64,000 nt of DNA from the NCBI GenBank assembly GCA_963776475.1, contig CAVZMZ010000038.1:16741-80740 (forward strand), given 5' to 3'. The notes beneath the pieces were generated by a model. That model was not told the DNA's origin, made no database searches, and saw nothing but the letters and a program-made list of their open reading frames with translations. Source of the stretch: an uncultured Chloroflexia bacterium (GTDB taxonomy: Bacteria; Chloroflexota; Anaerolineae; Anaerolineales; Villigracilaceae). Below are positions 9,304 through 19,627 of the stretch, piece after piece; within the stretch, counting starts at the first letter, position 1, and each line of letters begins with the position of its first letter. A program made the translations under genes and the position numbers.

Positions 9304-10568
9304 CGAAGCACATAGTCCGGATCGGTGCAGCCGTCATGACCACTTTGCTGGCGCTGGTGGTGCTGTGGCAGTTCCGGATGGCCGTCGTTTACGTATTGAT
9401 CTCGCTTGCGCTTGCGGCTGCGCTGCGCCCATTGGTTAACCGTCTGGTCGGGCGTCGCTTTGTTGTGCGTGCGGCCTGGATTCTTCTGTATGTGGTGGCC
9501 CTGGGCAGTTTTGGTTTCTTGATCTTCCAGATCGGCCAGGCCGTGGTCAGCGAGATTCAACATTTGGCCCAAACGGTTTCGGTCCAGGACGCGTGGAGGC
9601 TGCCGGTATGGCTGCAGGGCAGCGCTTTCCAACAGACGTTGGTCGGGCGGTTGCCACCACCGAGCAAACTCTTCGAAGCAGTGACCGGCAGCCAGGGGCA
9701 GCTCGTTCTTCCGGCCGTACTCGGCTTCACGCAGGGTATTGGCGGGGTTGTAAGCGCGGTACTGGTCATTTTGCTCTTGAGCCTGTATTGGAGCATCAAT
9801 CAAATCCATTTTGAACGACTCTGGCTGTCGCTGCTTCCACCCGGCCAGCGCAAACAGGCGCGTGGCATTTGGCGGACGATCAAGCCTGACCTCGGGGCTT
9901 ATATTCGCAGTGAGGTAGTCCAAAGCTTGCTCGCCGGGCTGCTATTAGGCCTGGGTTATTGGCTACTCGGGTCTCCATACCCAGCCCTGTTGGCCCTGGC
10001 CGGTGCTCTGGCATGGCTGATCCCCGTGGTGGGAGCGCCCCTGGCAGTGATATTGCCACTGTTGATGGGCATGCTGACCAGCGTACAGCTTAGTGTGTTT
10101 ACAGGCATCTTTACGCTGGTTGTCTTGATCGCTTTGGAAATATGGGTCAAACCACGCCTTTTCAGACGCAGGTGGATCAATCCCATTCTGACCCTGGTCA
10201 TACTCCTGGTTATGGCAGACGCTTTTGGTCTGCTTGGTGTTCTTGTGGCTCCGCCTTTATCTGTGGTAATCCAGATCCTGTGGAGTCGGCTGGTCAGCCG
10301 CCGGGCAGTTTTAGGTGCATCAGCACAGGTTTCAGACCTGAAGGAACGGCAGGCCCGTGTTTTGGAAACCATCAAAGCGATGGATGAACCACCTCTGCCC
10401 TTGGTAAGCAGCAGCATGGAGCGGCTTGCTCACTTGATCGAGAGAGCAGAACCAATTCTGCAAGTCGGTCTGACGGCCGCCGCACTCTCGGCAGAACCTC
10501 TTGAGCCACTCCAATCGCCCCAGCTTGTCGCCACTGAAGTCAAACCACCGGTAGCGAAAGATTTATGA
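9300..10568 (+). CDS. AI-2E family transporter, a tandem paralog of the previous gene.
   Basis: It has similar topology and motifs (VKPRLFRRRWINPILTLV) and overlaps the previous gene by 4 nt. Confidence 0.8.
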   Translation: MTKHIVRIGAAVMTTLLALVVLWQFRMAVVYVLISLALAAALRPLVNRLVGRRFVVRAAWILLYVVALGSFGFLIFQIGQAVVSEIQHLAQTVSVQDAWRLPVWLQGSAFQQTLVGRLPPPSKLFEAVTGSQGQLVLPAVLGFTQGIGGVVSAVLVILLLSLYWSINQIHFERLWLSLLPPGQRKQARGIWRTIKPDLGAYIRSEVVQSLLAGLLLGLGYWLLGSPYPALLALAGALAWLIPVVGAPLAVILPLLMGMLTSVQLSVFTGIFTLVVLIALEIWVKPRLFRRRWINPILTLVILLVMADAFGLLGVLVAPPLSVVIQILWSRLVSRRAVLGASAQVSDLKERQARVLETIKAMDEPPLPLVSSSMERLAHLIERAEPILQVGLTAAALSAEPLEPLQSPQLVATEVKPPVAKDL

Positions 10569-11497
10569 AGAAACAGATGCTGTCCGCCTCCAGCATGGCT
10601 GGAACTATAACGCAGCTTAGGAAGCAAGGAATCCGCAGCGCTCAGAGGCTTAATCTCTATACACATGGCTGGCTGGGAATTTTGGCGGGTGCTGCCAGGG
10701 AAACCCTGAAGCCCTACTCGACGATCGCCTCCGCGGCGATTGCCTACTTTGCCATCTTATCCTTATTTCCCCTCACACTCTTGAGCATTTCCATAGCCAG
10801 TTTCTACCTTGGCCCGTTGGTGGACCAACAACTCATCCTGCAAAAGCTCGAGTTTATTGCACCAGCCTTGGGCTTGTTATTGGGCCAAAATATTGACGAA
10901 ATCATACGGGCACGCGGGCCAGTAACTATTATCGCTGTAATCGGTCTGATCTGGTCTGCCTCCGCCATCTTTTCCACACTCAATCAAACTCTTAATGTAA
11001 TCTGGAGCAATAAACGCGCTCGCCCGTTTTGGAAAACGCGTGGCCTGGCGATATTGATCATCCTGGCTTTTGTTGGCCCGGCTCTTTTCCTGGCTTCGTT
11101 TGCCGGCAGCATGGTTACCAACCTGCGCCTCTGGTTGCCAGACCAGATCTTTCCGATTGGAGCCGCGCTCAGTTTCGTGGTGGCAATATTGCTGGATATT
11201 GCCTTATTCATGCTGCTTTACATGCTGCTTCCCCATGGATCTTCAACCTGGCGCGATGTTTTACCTGGCGCGTTAGGGGCCGGCCTGCTCTGGGAGCTAG
11301 CCAAGAAAGCATTTTTGTTATTTATTTCCACCTATATCTCCATGTCGAATCTGGTCTATGGTTCCGTGGCAGCCATTATTGCTTTCCTCACCTGGGCATA
11401 CTTGAGCGGTCTCATCTTTCTTTTAGGCGCTCACTTGAGCGTCTCTTATTACCGCCTCAAGCAACAGCAGAATGAAACGGTCGGCCAAATAGAATAG
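10565..11497 (+). CDS. YihY/BrkB (virulence factor BrkB / RNase BN-like) family membrane protein.
   Basis: Six TM segments and YihY-family N-terminal motifs. It overlaps the previous gene by 4 nt. Confidence 0.7.
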   Translation: MKKQMLSASSMAGTITQLRKQGIRSAQRLNLYTHGWLGILAGAARETLKPYSTIASAAIAYFAILSLFPLTLLSISIASFYLGPLVDQQLILQKLEFIAPALGLLLGQNIDEIIRARGPVTIIAVIGLIWSASAIFSTLNQTLNVIWSNKRARPFWKTRGLAILIILAFVGPALFLASFAGSMVTNLRLWLPDQIFPIGAALSFVVAILLDIALFMLLYMLLPHGSSTWRDVLPGALGAGLLWELAKKAFLLFISTYISMSNLVYGSVAAIIAFLTWAYLSGLIFLLGAHLSVSYYRLKQQQNETVGQIE

Positions 11498-11569
11498 ATT
11501 AATTATTAATTGCCCCTTACAGAATTGAAAAAAAGAGGCAGATGAATTTATCTAAAAGGACGGGACCCC

Positions 11570-12523
11570 ATGCAAGAAATCTCTGACAAGGAACCTCTCT
11601 TGGGAAAAAAACGGCGTTTGCGAGCCAAGCTGATCTTCAACCCCAGTGCCGGGGCGGCCAGACCATCTCCAATCGAAATAGTGGATGTGATCCATGAGAT
11701 GCAGGCCTGGAAGCTGGTGCCGGAAGCCTACCTGGTCGAACCGGGCTGCGACCTGCCGGGAGTAGTCCAGGAAGCCCTCGCGCAGGGCTTTCGAATGTTC
11801 GTGGTTTGCGGCGGTGACGGCACTATTTCTGCCGTGGCCAGAAGCCTGGCTGGGACAAACGCCACCCTGGGGGTTATCCCGATCGGCACACAAAATAACA
11901 CTGCCCTCAGTCTGAACATCCCGGATGATATCCCGGCTGCCATCGCCATCTTGCGAACCGGCCGGCGGATCAAAGTGGACGTCGGCATGGCCACTTGCGG
12001 AAAAATCAGCACCCCTTTCCTGGAGGTTTGCTCGGTGGGACTGGCCTCGACCCTCTTCCCGTCTGTGGACGATATCCAGCACGGCAACCTGGCCCAAATC
12101 GGCAATCTCCTATCGACCCTGGCCTCTTCCCCGCCCTCCGAGATCCATATGCTGCTGGATGACAAGCAGGAGATCCACGATCTGGGTCATGTGGTCCTGG
12201 TTTCCAATATGCCTTATATCGGCTTCCATTATCAGCTTGGCAAGGCAGCCTCATTCAAAGACGGGTTGCTGGATGTGCTTTTCTTTGCCGACCTGAACAA
12301 GTTGGAGTTGCTCGGGTATGTTCTCCAGGGAGTGGGGGAAGGCCATCCGGAAGACCAACGCATCCAGCACTTCCACGTGCGCAGGGTGGATATTGACACG
12401 CACCCATCCATGCCGGTCATGGCAGATGGGAACCCATTGGGAGAAGGCCCGGTGCGCATCGAAGTGCGCCGGCGCGTCCTGGCGATGATGGCCGGGCCGG
12501 AAGCGCCAAAGGCGCTGTCGTAA
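11570..12523 (+). CDS. Lipid kinase with a diacylglycerol-kinase catalytic domain (YegS/DgkA-like).
   Basis: LIFNPSAGAA, the VVCGGDGT motif and GVIPIGTQNN are present. Confidence 0.8.
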   Translation: MQEISDKEPLLGKKRRLRAKLIFNPSAGAARPSPIEIVDVIHEMQAWKLVPEAYLVEPGCDLPGVVQEALAQGFRMFVVCGGDGTISAVARSLAGTNATLGVIPIGTQNNTALSLNIPDDIPAAIAILRTGRRIKVDVGMATCGKISTPFLEVCSVGLASTLFPSVDDIQHGNLAQIGNLLSTLASSPPSEIHMLLDDKQEIHDLGHVVLVSNMPYIGFHYQLGKAASFKDGLLDVLFFADLNKLELLGYVLQGVGEGHPEDQRIQHFHVRRVDIDTHPSMPVMADGNPLGEGPVRIEVRRRVLAMMAGPEAPKALS

Positions 12524-12598
12524 TCTGGCGAGATCCTTGAGCAATAAACAGCAAATTCCTCGTCAATTGCGGCGAGGGCCAAGTGAAAGGCGAGTTAT

Positions 12599-13411
12599 AT
12601 GTTTCTTCGAAGAATGATTGGCATTCTTTTCGTTCTTGCTGCGGTAGCTGGAATTATTTTCAGCCTGGTTGGCCTGGTGGAAACATGGCGCTATCGTCCG
12701 GTGGTGACAAAAATAGTGACCGATAACCTGGCATTGGTCGATCGGGCCCTCTCTACCACGCAGGAAGTACTCACCATCGTTGATCAGGCATTGCAGACCA
12801 CATCCGTTGACGTTGTTTCCCTGCAGTCAACCACCCAGGCGCTCGTTCAGGCGATCCATACTGCAAACCCGATGCTTGATTCCCTGATCAGCCTGACCAA
12901 CAAAACTATTCCGGCTGCGGTCAGCGCCACTCAAACCTCTTTGGCCTCGGCTCAAAGTAGCGCACAGCTTATCGATAACGTACTGGCAACTCTGACCAGC
13001 CTGCCCTTTTCGCCGGTGGCCGCCTACAAGCCGGATGTACCTTTGCACACAGCCCTGGCCCAGGTCTCAACCAGCCTGGATACATTAATACCAGCGTTGG
13101 CAACCATCAACACCAGCCTGGCGGATGGTCAGACCAACCTGGGCGTAGTGGATGGCGAGCTGACCAAAATCTCTGCAACTACCCAAGGGATTACCAGCAC
13201 ACTCGCCAATGGGCAGGCGGTTATCGACCAGTATGAAGCCGTCACCACCCAGCTTAAGACGAATGTGGAAGCCGCGCAACATGCTGCTAATACCTGGATA
13301 TTGGCGATCACCTGGATTCTAAGCCTGGTATTCGGTTGGCTATTGGTAGCCCAGTTGGGGTTGGGTCTACAAGGCCTCGATTTTATACGGGGTCGCCGCA
13401 TTGTTCAATAA
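12599..13411 (+). CDS. Hypothetical membrane protein with N- and C-terminal TM helices and a Thr/Ala-rich helical middle.
   Basis: ORF and hydrophobicity only. Confidence 0.45.
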   Translation: MFLRRMIGILFVLAAVAGIIFSLVGLVETWRYRPVVTKIVTDNLALVDRALSTTQEVLTIVDQALQTTSVDVVSLQSTTQALVQAIHTANPMLDSLISLTNKTIPAAVSATQTSLASAQSSAQLIDNVLATLTSLPFSPVAAYKPDVPLHTALAQVSTSLDTLIPALATINTSLADGQTNLGVVDGELTKISATTQGITSTLANGQAVIDQYEAVTTQLKTNVEAAQHAANTWILAITWILSLVFGWLLVAQLGLGLQGLDFIRGRRIVQ

Positions 13412-13603
13412 ACCCTGGATTCCTATCCGCCATCGCAATTGTAAGAAGTGATGGATTTACTGCGAATAAGCCTGTGAGACTGGCGATCCATTCGGAGCCG
13501 TGGAGGGAGAACAAAGAGGACGCATGCTGCTTGTGATAAAGAAGTATCGGCCTGTTGCCTGGTTGCTTTTCCTTACAGCCAGCTTGTTTTTTTCATTGCC
13601 TGG

Positions 13604-14245
13604 ATGCCTTCCCAGATGCGGATTATTATTTGGCATGCCCTGGTGGCCCGTGGAATCCTTTCAGGTATGCTACTGGTCTTCAGCTTATTGGCGGTCTCGC
13701 TGGTGTGGTCCGTAGGTCAGCGCGTGGATGTCTGGGCTTTCTTGTTCTTCAACTTGCGAGGCTCGCGCCCGGTTTGGTTGGATTGGATCATGTTGGGATT
13801 CACCCAGATTGGCAGCGCCCTGGCTGCCCTGGCGATTGGATTGATTTTGTATTTGGCCAGCGATCACCTGGTAGCCTACGAATTTATTCTGGGGAGCATA
13901 ACGTTATGGATGATGGTGGAGTTAGTGAAAGCTCTGGTGCGAAGGTCACGACCAATTTATCGGGTGACTCAGGCGCGCATCGTTGGTTACCGGGCAATTG
14001 GACGATCTTTCCCGAGCGGACATACCAGCCAGGCATTCTTCATGGTGACACTGTTAGCTCCCTATTTCCGTGCCAACGCCTGGGTGGGGATTCTGCTCTA
14101 CGCCATTGCCCTGTTAGTGGGCCTCACGCGCATGTATGTAGGTGCTCATTACCCACGCGATGTGCTGGCGGGAGCTATCCTGGGCTGCGCCTGGGGGCTT
14201 TTGGGAGTGCTCGTGAACGGATATCTACTGAACGGTATCGGGTAG
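13604..14245 (+). CDS. PAP2 family phosphatase (phosphatidic-acid phosphatase type 2).
   Basis: The three PAP2 motifs are present: KALVRRSRP, SFPSGHTS and SRMYVGAHYPRD. Confidence 0.8.
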   Translation: MPSQMRIIIWHALVARGILSGMLLVFSLLAVSLVWSVGQRVDVWAFLFFNLRGSRPVWLDWIMLGFTQIGSALAALAIGLILYLASDHLVAYEFILGSITLWMMVELVKALVRRSRPIYRVTQARIVGYRAIGRSFPSGHTSQAFFMVTLLAPYFRANAWVGILLYAIALLVGLTRMYVGAHYPRDVLAGAILGCAWGLLGVLVNGYLLNGIG

Positions 14246-14354
14246 GCGGTGATGGCTGGGTCGGAAGCGCCAGAGTTTTTATCCATGGATGTTTCTTGGC
14301 ATAAGTGACCGTTGCAGGATTTAGACCTCCTGTAACAGTCTCACCCGGGTCGGT

Positions 14355-14546
14355 TTATTTTTTACGGTCCACCGCCGCCTTGACCAGTTTCACCGCCATC
14401 CTGCCGCCCGGAACGATCAACCCGGCTGCGTCCGCAGTCACGTCAAAGATCAGGTCACGCGTGAGCATGCCCTTGATCTGGTCGCTTTGTTTCTTTCCCC
14501 CGCTTTTTATCACTAACACCTGTACAAATCGGCAATTTAATTGCAT
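14355..14546 (-). pseudogene. Remnant duplicate of the 3' end of the hypothetical gene at 15820-16680.
   Basis: About 125 bp (14390-14510) are near-identical to 15880-16000. The encoded SGGKKQSDQIKGMLTRDLIFDVTADAAGLIVPGG matches the C-terminus of the full gene. Confidence 0.45.
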
Positions 14547-14612
14547 AATTGTGCAAGTTATGGCGCGATAAGCATATACCTTGGGTTAATCTTCAGTCAA
14601 TGGAGTTGTATT

Positions 14613-15765
14613 GTGATCGCCAGGATCCTTCAATCGAAGATCATCAGTCTCGCAGAGAAATTCCAGGTCATCACCCTGACCGGGCCAAGACAATCCGGTA
14701 AGACCACCCTTGTCAAGGCTGCCTTCCCAGTCCTGCCCTACGTCTCTCTGGAAGAGCCGGATGTCCGCCAAATCGCTTTGACCGATCCACGTGGATTCCT
14801 TGCCAATTATCCAGATGGGGCGGTCCTGGATGAAATCCAAAATGTACCGGATTTGTTTTCCTACATTCAAAGCCTGGTGGATGAAAACCGCCAGATCCGT
14901 TTCATCCTGACAGGCTCATCGAACTTCCTGCTCATGGAGAAGATCAGCCAAACCCTGGCAGGGCGGACCGCAATCTTGCATTTACTCCCGTTTTCCTTTG
15001 CCGAGCTCGAACCCGGACCGGTGCCTTATGAAAAGGTGATTTTCAAAGGACAATACCCGCGCATTTACGACCGTGAGATTTCCCCGACTGATTTTTACCC
15101 GTCCTATATCCAGACCTATGTCGAAAAAGATGTGCGCCTGATGAAAAACATTGGGGATATCAATACTTTTATTCAATTTACCAGGCTGTGCGCCGGACGC
15201 ACCGGGCAGCTTCTGAATTATGCCAGCCTTGCAAGCGATGCCGGGATCAGCCCGAACACTGCCAAAGCCTGGCTCTCTGTTCTTGAGAGTTCCTATATCC
15301 TGTATCGTCTGCAACCCTATCACCGCAGCTTTAACAAACGGTTGGTAAAATCGCCCAAGCTCTATTTCTACGATACCGGGGTGGCTTGTTCACTGCTGGG
15401 GATCCATACCGAAAATGATGTGACGCTGCATTACCTGAAAGGGGCACTATTTGAAAATCTGATCATTAATGAGTTCATCAAACGCAGCTTCAATCGTGGT
15501 GAAAATCGCCAGTCGTATTTTTGGCAGGAATTCCCGCGGGAAAGAGGTTGATTGTCTCCTGGTGGACGGGGAAAAGATCACTCCACTCGAGATCAAATCG
15601 GGTAAAACGATGTCTGCCAGCTACTTCGATAATCTCAATTATTGGCAAAGTCTGGCAGGCCTGCCGGAAAACCAGGGCTGCGTAGTCTATGGAGGAGAGG
15701 CTTCCATGCAAACAAAGGCTGGCGTTCTCATAAGTTGGCGTCATCTGGACCGCATTCCAGGCTGA
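14613..15765 (+). CDS. AAA-family ATPase with a C-terminal DUF4143 domain, carrying an apparent frameshift near 15535.
   Basis: Walker A LTGPRQSGKTTL. The frame switches at ...YFWQEFPR into GKEVDCLLVDGEKITPLEIKSGKT, the typical DUF4143 C-terminus. A likely GTG start is at 14613. The track pieces are 14541..15551 and 15469..15765. Confidence 0.65.
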
Positions 15766-15819
15766 GAGACATTTCTTTCCAGATGAGCTGTCAGTGGTCA
15801 GTTGTCAGAAATCGGCAAC

Positions 15820-16680
15820 CTAAAATCCATAATCCTCACTTCTTCCCCGGTCCATCGCGGCCTTGACCAGCTTCACGGCAATGCTGCCGCCCGGGACGAT
15901 CAACCCGGCTGCGTCCGCAGTCACGTCAAAGATCAGGTCACGCGTGAGCATGCCCTTGATCTGGTCGCTTTGTTTCTTTCCGCCGCTGTGCACTTCGCCG
16001 GTCAAGCCATCGAACTCCAGCACCACACGTTTAGCCTTGGTCGTCCACTCATATTCGAAGGCATACACCGGCCGGAAGTTAACATCCAGCGCTTCCACGT
16101 CCACCCGTTCTTCATGGATCTTCTGGGCCTGCACCGGCTTGATCACTTCCGCCAGCACCGTCCGGATGACCGTAGTGGCATGCGCTTGCGGCGGCACTAC
16201 TATTACCCCCACGGGCGCGAACTGGCCCAAGTCGGCGATCTCAGTCTTGGCATAGGACAGGTATTTGCTCAGGTCGATTTTCGTCCCCAGCCCATCAAAC
16301 GTAAAACTGTGCTGGCGTTCATCGATGCAGTGTTCCACCCCGGCCAGCGCAATGCTGGCGCCGCCCTTGGGAAGCACGGTCACCGGCAGATCCTGCCCAA
16401 GCGCCGTGACGTGCTGGACTTCCGGCCCGCTGACCTGGATGGTGTAGGTCTTATTGCGCTCATAGACCGTGCGCACCAGCACGTTGATCAGCCAAAAAGC
16501 TTCCAGCCGGCTTTCGTAAGATACGATCTGGATATCCTCCGGCTTGGGACGCGCGATCAGCGCCCCCAGGGTGCCGGTCACCAGGCTGGCCTTCTTCTGT
16601 TCGAGCCGGTCGCGCGCCACCTCCAATGAAATTTGAGGGATGAGATGGAAGGCACGTTCGACAGCCAGGAAAATATCCAT
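15820..16680 (-). CDS. Hypothetical protein (286 aa) of unknown family.
   Basis: A balanced-composition ORF on the minus strand; the opposite-strand ORF is Arg/His/Gly-rich. Its 3' end is duplicated at 14355-14546. Confidence 0.55.
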   Translation of the reverse strand: MDIFLAVERAFHLIPQISLEVARDRLEQKKASLVTGTLGALIARPKPEDIQIVSYESRLEAFWLINVLVRTVYERNKTYTIQVSGPEVQHVTALGQDLPVTVLPKGGASIALAGVEHCIDERQHSFTFDGLGTKIDLSKYLSYAKTEIADLGQFAPVGVIVVPPQAHATTVIRTVLAEVIKPVQAQKIHEERVDVEALDVNFRPVYAFEYEWTTKAKRVVLEFDGLTGEVHSGGKKQSDQIKGMLTRDLIFDVTADAAGLIVPGGSIAVKLVKAAMDRGRSEDYGF

Positions 16681-17143
16681 GGGGCACTCCTTTGTTTTTA
16701 TTTATCCATGCAATTATCGCACTTATTTCTGTCATTGCGAGGAGGATGCCCGCCTGCCCCGATGCACTAAAGGGGTCCCGACGAAGCAACCTGTACCACC
16801 CTTATTCGGGCTATAATTTGTTCGAGCACGGCGATCCTTGTTGCGAGACGGTCTCTTGCGACCTAATGACAATTCACGTTGATCGGTTTAGGGTATCTGG
16901 CCTCCTGTGGACCTGATAACGGCGTGTAACGCAGATGCACTCATGGCTGGCAATATCTTCAACCGGTGAAGAAAATCGGTTGCTCACCACCTTTGTCGAA
17001 ATTGGCGAGACGGATCTGGTCCGCCATTTCAGCCTCAGCCCAGAAAATCCGGTAAGTCCGGATCCTCAGCAGGATAGTTTTCACCGAATGGAGCCAGGCT
17101 AACTATGGAAGGGCAGTTCTTGCCAACTTTAGGGATTTTCACT

Positions 17144-18916
17144 TTAGTGATAAATCATTGGCAGATACACTCGGAAGGGGTCGGGTACTTGAATTGGCCC
17201 GCTGGTTGCAGTGGGTGTTGGGGTAGGCGTATGAGTGGGCGTGGAAGTTTTTGTGGTTGTTGGGGTAGGGGTTTGAGTTGGCGTGGAAGTTTTTGTGGTT
17301 GTTGGAGTAGGGGTTTGAGTTGGCGTGGAAGTTTTTGTGGGTGTTGGCGTAGGCGTTTGAGTTGAGGTGGGGGTTTTTGTGGATGTTGGGGTAGGCGTGT
17401 GGGTGGGGGTGTCGGTGGGAGTGGGCGACGGGGTTGGGGAACCCTGGGCTGCGGAATGGCAGTCGGTGGTGCCGGAATCGGTGAAGGTATAGCCCACGGC
17501 CGGCAGGAATTTCCAGCTATAGGAACTGCTGTTGAGGGTCAGTTGAAGCACCCCATAGAGGCCGGTCTGATTCCGGACGGCCTCGTTCGGGTCCAGCGGA
17601 TGCTCGGCATAGGTGTAGACCGGCCCAGGCGCTCCGCCGGTCCCGGCAAGAAACTCCCGGATGCCGTCTGAAGCGGCCTGTTCGGATGGATCAACCAGGT
17701 TGAAGCGTTCATAGTTGTGGTTGTGACCGTTGACCACAATATCCGCCTTATATTGGTAGAGCAGATCCCACCAGTCAGCCGAGATGGTGAAGCCGCCGAA
17801 CTGGCCGCTACTAAAGCGGGGGTGGTGCCAGGCGGCCAGGATGCACTTGCCGGGATTGGCTGCCAGGTCATTCTTCAACCAATTGTACTGAGCTGAACCC
17901 GGCCCACAGCCTCCCACCTGGGAACACATGGTGTTAAGCACGATCACGTGCCAGCTGCCGCCAATGTTGTAACTGTAATATCCACCCGGCGCCGTTCCGG
18001 CGCCAGAGCCGTAGTAGGCGAAATAAGGGGCTGCGCCGCTGGGAGGCAGGTAGTCGTGATTGCCGATGGCCGCGTGGGTGACGCTCAGGAAGCTGCCCCA
18101 GTTCGGCCCATAAACATCTTCGTACTGATCATCATAGGAGGCCGGCGCGGCCTCGTTATTGACATTATCGCCGGCCGTCTGGACCATTGCACCGGGATTG
18201 GCCGCGATCACACTGCGGATCAGGTCGCCGGTCTTTTTGCAGTTGGGGCTATAGTCGACCCCGCCATCATCATAGCGGCAAATATCGCCGGCCACGAGCA
18301 GGATATGGCTGGTGGAGTCAGGCGTGGTGGTGGGGGTGGGCGTGCCGGTGGAAGTGGACAGGGTCAGGACCAATTGAGGAGCGTTCACGCCGAATTCACA
18401 CGAAGAAAAAATGACCGCGGTCGCGCCGGCCGTTGTGAGGGCCAGGCTGTAGGTTCCATTCCCCGGCACATAGGAGGTCACATCCCAAGTGATCCATGTT
18501 CCGGCCGTAATGGGGGAAGCGCTGCTGATGACGCCCCCAATTGCGGGAGCCGTATTGTAGTTGAGCGTGGTTTCACTCCAGCTATTATCGGCAACGGCGC
18601 CGGCATGGAGGCTCTCGGAGGTGGACGAGTTGGCATATACCCTCAGCTCCGCCCGGCTGACGGCTTGGTCCGGCAGCAGACCGGAGATGGTGAAACGGAG
18701 AAAACTGTTCGTGATCGGCGAACCGTCCACCGCCAGGGTAGCCAACGTGCCGAAGGTGGCTGCGGGGGTGACATAGCTGTCATAGGTATCGGCAACCGCC
18801 GGAAATGTCAGGGTCTGGGTCTGGGCAGACACAGGGATAAGGGAGTGATCACCAATAATGAAGGCAGCGATGAGAACTGTCAGGAAGAGATACCGTTTAA
18901 ACGCGTGGAAAGACAT
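17144..18916 (-). CDS. Secreted calcineurin-like metallophosphoesterase with an N-terminal carbohydrate-binding-like domain and a C-terminal Pro/Thr repeat linker.
   Basis: A signal peptide, the motifs GDICRYDD, GNHDY and VNGHNHNYERF, and a C-terminal (TPTQTPTPTTTKTS)n repeat. Confidence 0.8.
   Translation of the reverse strand: MSFHAFKRYLFLTVLIAAFIIGDHSLIPVSAQTQTLTFPAVADTYDSYVTPAATFGTLATLAVDGSPITNSFLRFTISGLLPDQAVSRAELRVYANSSTSESLHAGAVADNSWSETTLNYNTAPAIGGVISSASPITAGTWITWDVTSYVPGNGTYSLALTTAGATAVIFSSCEFGVNAPQLVLTLSTSTGTPTPTTTPDSTSHILLVAGDICRYDDGGVDYSPNCKKTGDLIRSVIAANPGAMVQTAGDNVNNEAAPASYDDQYEDVYGPNWGSFLSVTHAAIGNHDYLPPSGAAPYFAYYGSGAGTAPGGYYSYNIGGSWHVIVLNTMCSQVGGCGPGSAQYNWLKNDLAANPGKCILAAWHHPRFSSGQFGGFTISADWWDLLYQYKADIVVNGHNHNYERFNLVDPSEQAASDGIREFLAGTGGAPGPVYTYAEHPLDPNEAVRNQTGLYGVLQLTLNSSSYSWKFLPAVGYTFTDSGTTDCHSAAQGSPTPSPTPTDTPTHTPTPTSTKTPTSTQTPTPTPTKTSTPTQTPTPTTTKTSTPTQTPTPTTTKTSTPTHTPTPTPTATSGPIQVPDPFRVYLPMIYH
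17190..17400. repeat. About five imperfect tandem copies of a 42-bp unit that encodes the Pro/Thr linker.
   Basis: GGCGTGGAAGTTTTTGTGGTTGTTGGGGTAGGGGTTTGAGTT is repeated with small variations. Confidence 0.7.
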
Positions 18917-19627
18917 CCAGTAATTCCTTTCGGGCCCATTACCAATAATAAAGAGCAGGCAAGATCAGGATTGGGCCGATCCTGAAGGGGCAAGCGCGCC
19001 GGGCAAGAATGAAGCAATACCCGGGGCATAGATAAATTCCCGGGGAACAGACGCGCCGGAGGCGCAGCCTGTCACACCGACAGGCCTGGTTCGAAGCTAT
19101 TTAATTGAAGTGAAAAAACTTTGGCTGGGAAGCTGCTGCGACGAAAAAGAACCGGTAAGTCACGATGATAGGGCAATAAAGCTTTGGTAATATATCGCCA
19201 TACCAAGTATTCGTCAGGGGACAAGTGTCACCTTATAAGTGGAATAATATCTTCCATTCATGATGGTTTTAGTGGCTCTCTGGCTTAGTATCTGGGCTGA
19301 GAATGAAGAGATCTTTAAGTTCAACAATTCCAGTAAGTTACAGGTTTCCACTTTACTACAGGTAGAGCGGCAAGTGAAACAATGCAATACTCCGTATTTA
19401 ATGGTTTTCGCCTATTTTGGCGGGAGATTACCCATGACTGGGCACACGTGCTTCGACGGAAGTACGCCGTCTCACAATGACACTGGGGCAAGGGATTGCT
19501 TCGCCCAAAGACGGCTCGCATTGACAATTTCTGTTGCCTGTAAGAAAGCATTGGAGCCCGACTGCCATGGAAAAGTGGTGCTATACTGCAGGCATGGCTG
19601 CCCCTGTTTTCCGACACCCATCCGAAG

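Noticed and set aside
15515-15540. GGAATTCCCGCGGG, with adjacent EcoRI and SacII palindromes, exactly at the ATPase frameshift site. I considered a cloning-linker or vector artefact.
   Set aside because: It is a single short occurrence in a GC-rich genome. A homopolymer indel in the GGG run explains the frameshift without invoking a linker.
15802-16629. A 275-aa + strand ORF opposite the hypothetical gene.
   Set aside because: It is Arg/His/Gly-rich and looks like a typical high-GC antisense ORF. The minus-strand frame has balanced composition, and the duplicated fragment at 14355-14546 preserves the minus-strand frame.
17105-17365. An 86-aa ORF with WGRGLSWRGSFCGC repeats.
   Set aside because: It is the antisense reading of the Pro/Thr-repeat array inside the phosphoesterase gene.
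17948-18985. A 345-aa + strand ORF.
   Set aside because: It is antisense to the metallophosphoesterase and is G/R-rich.
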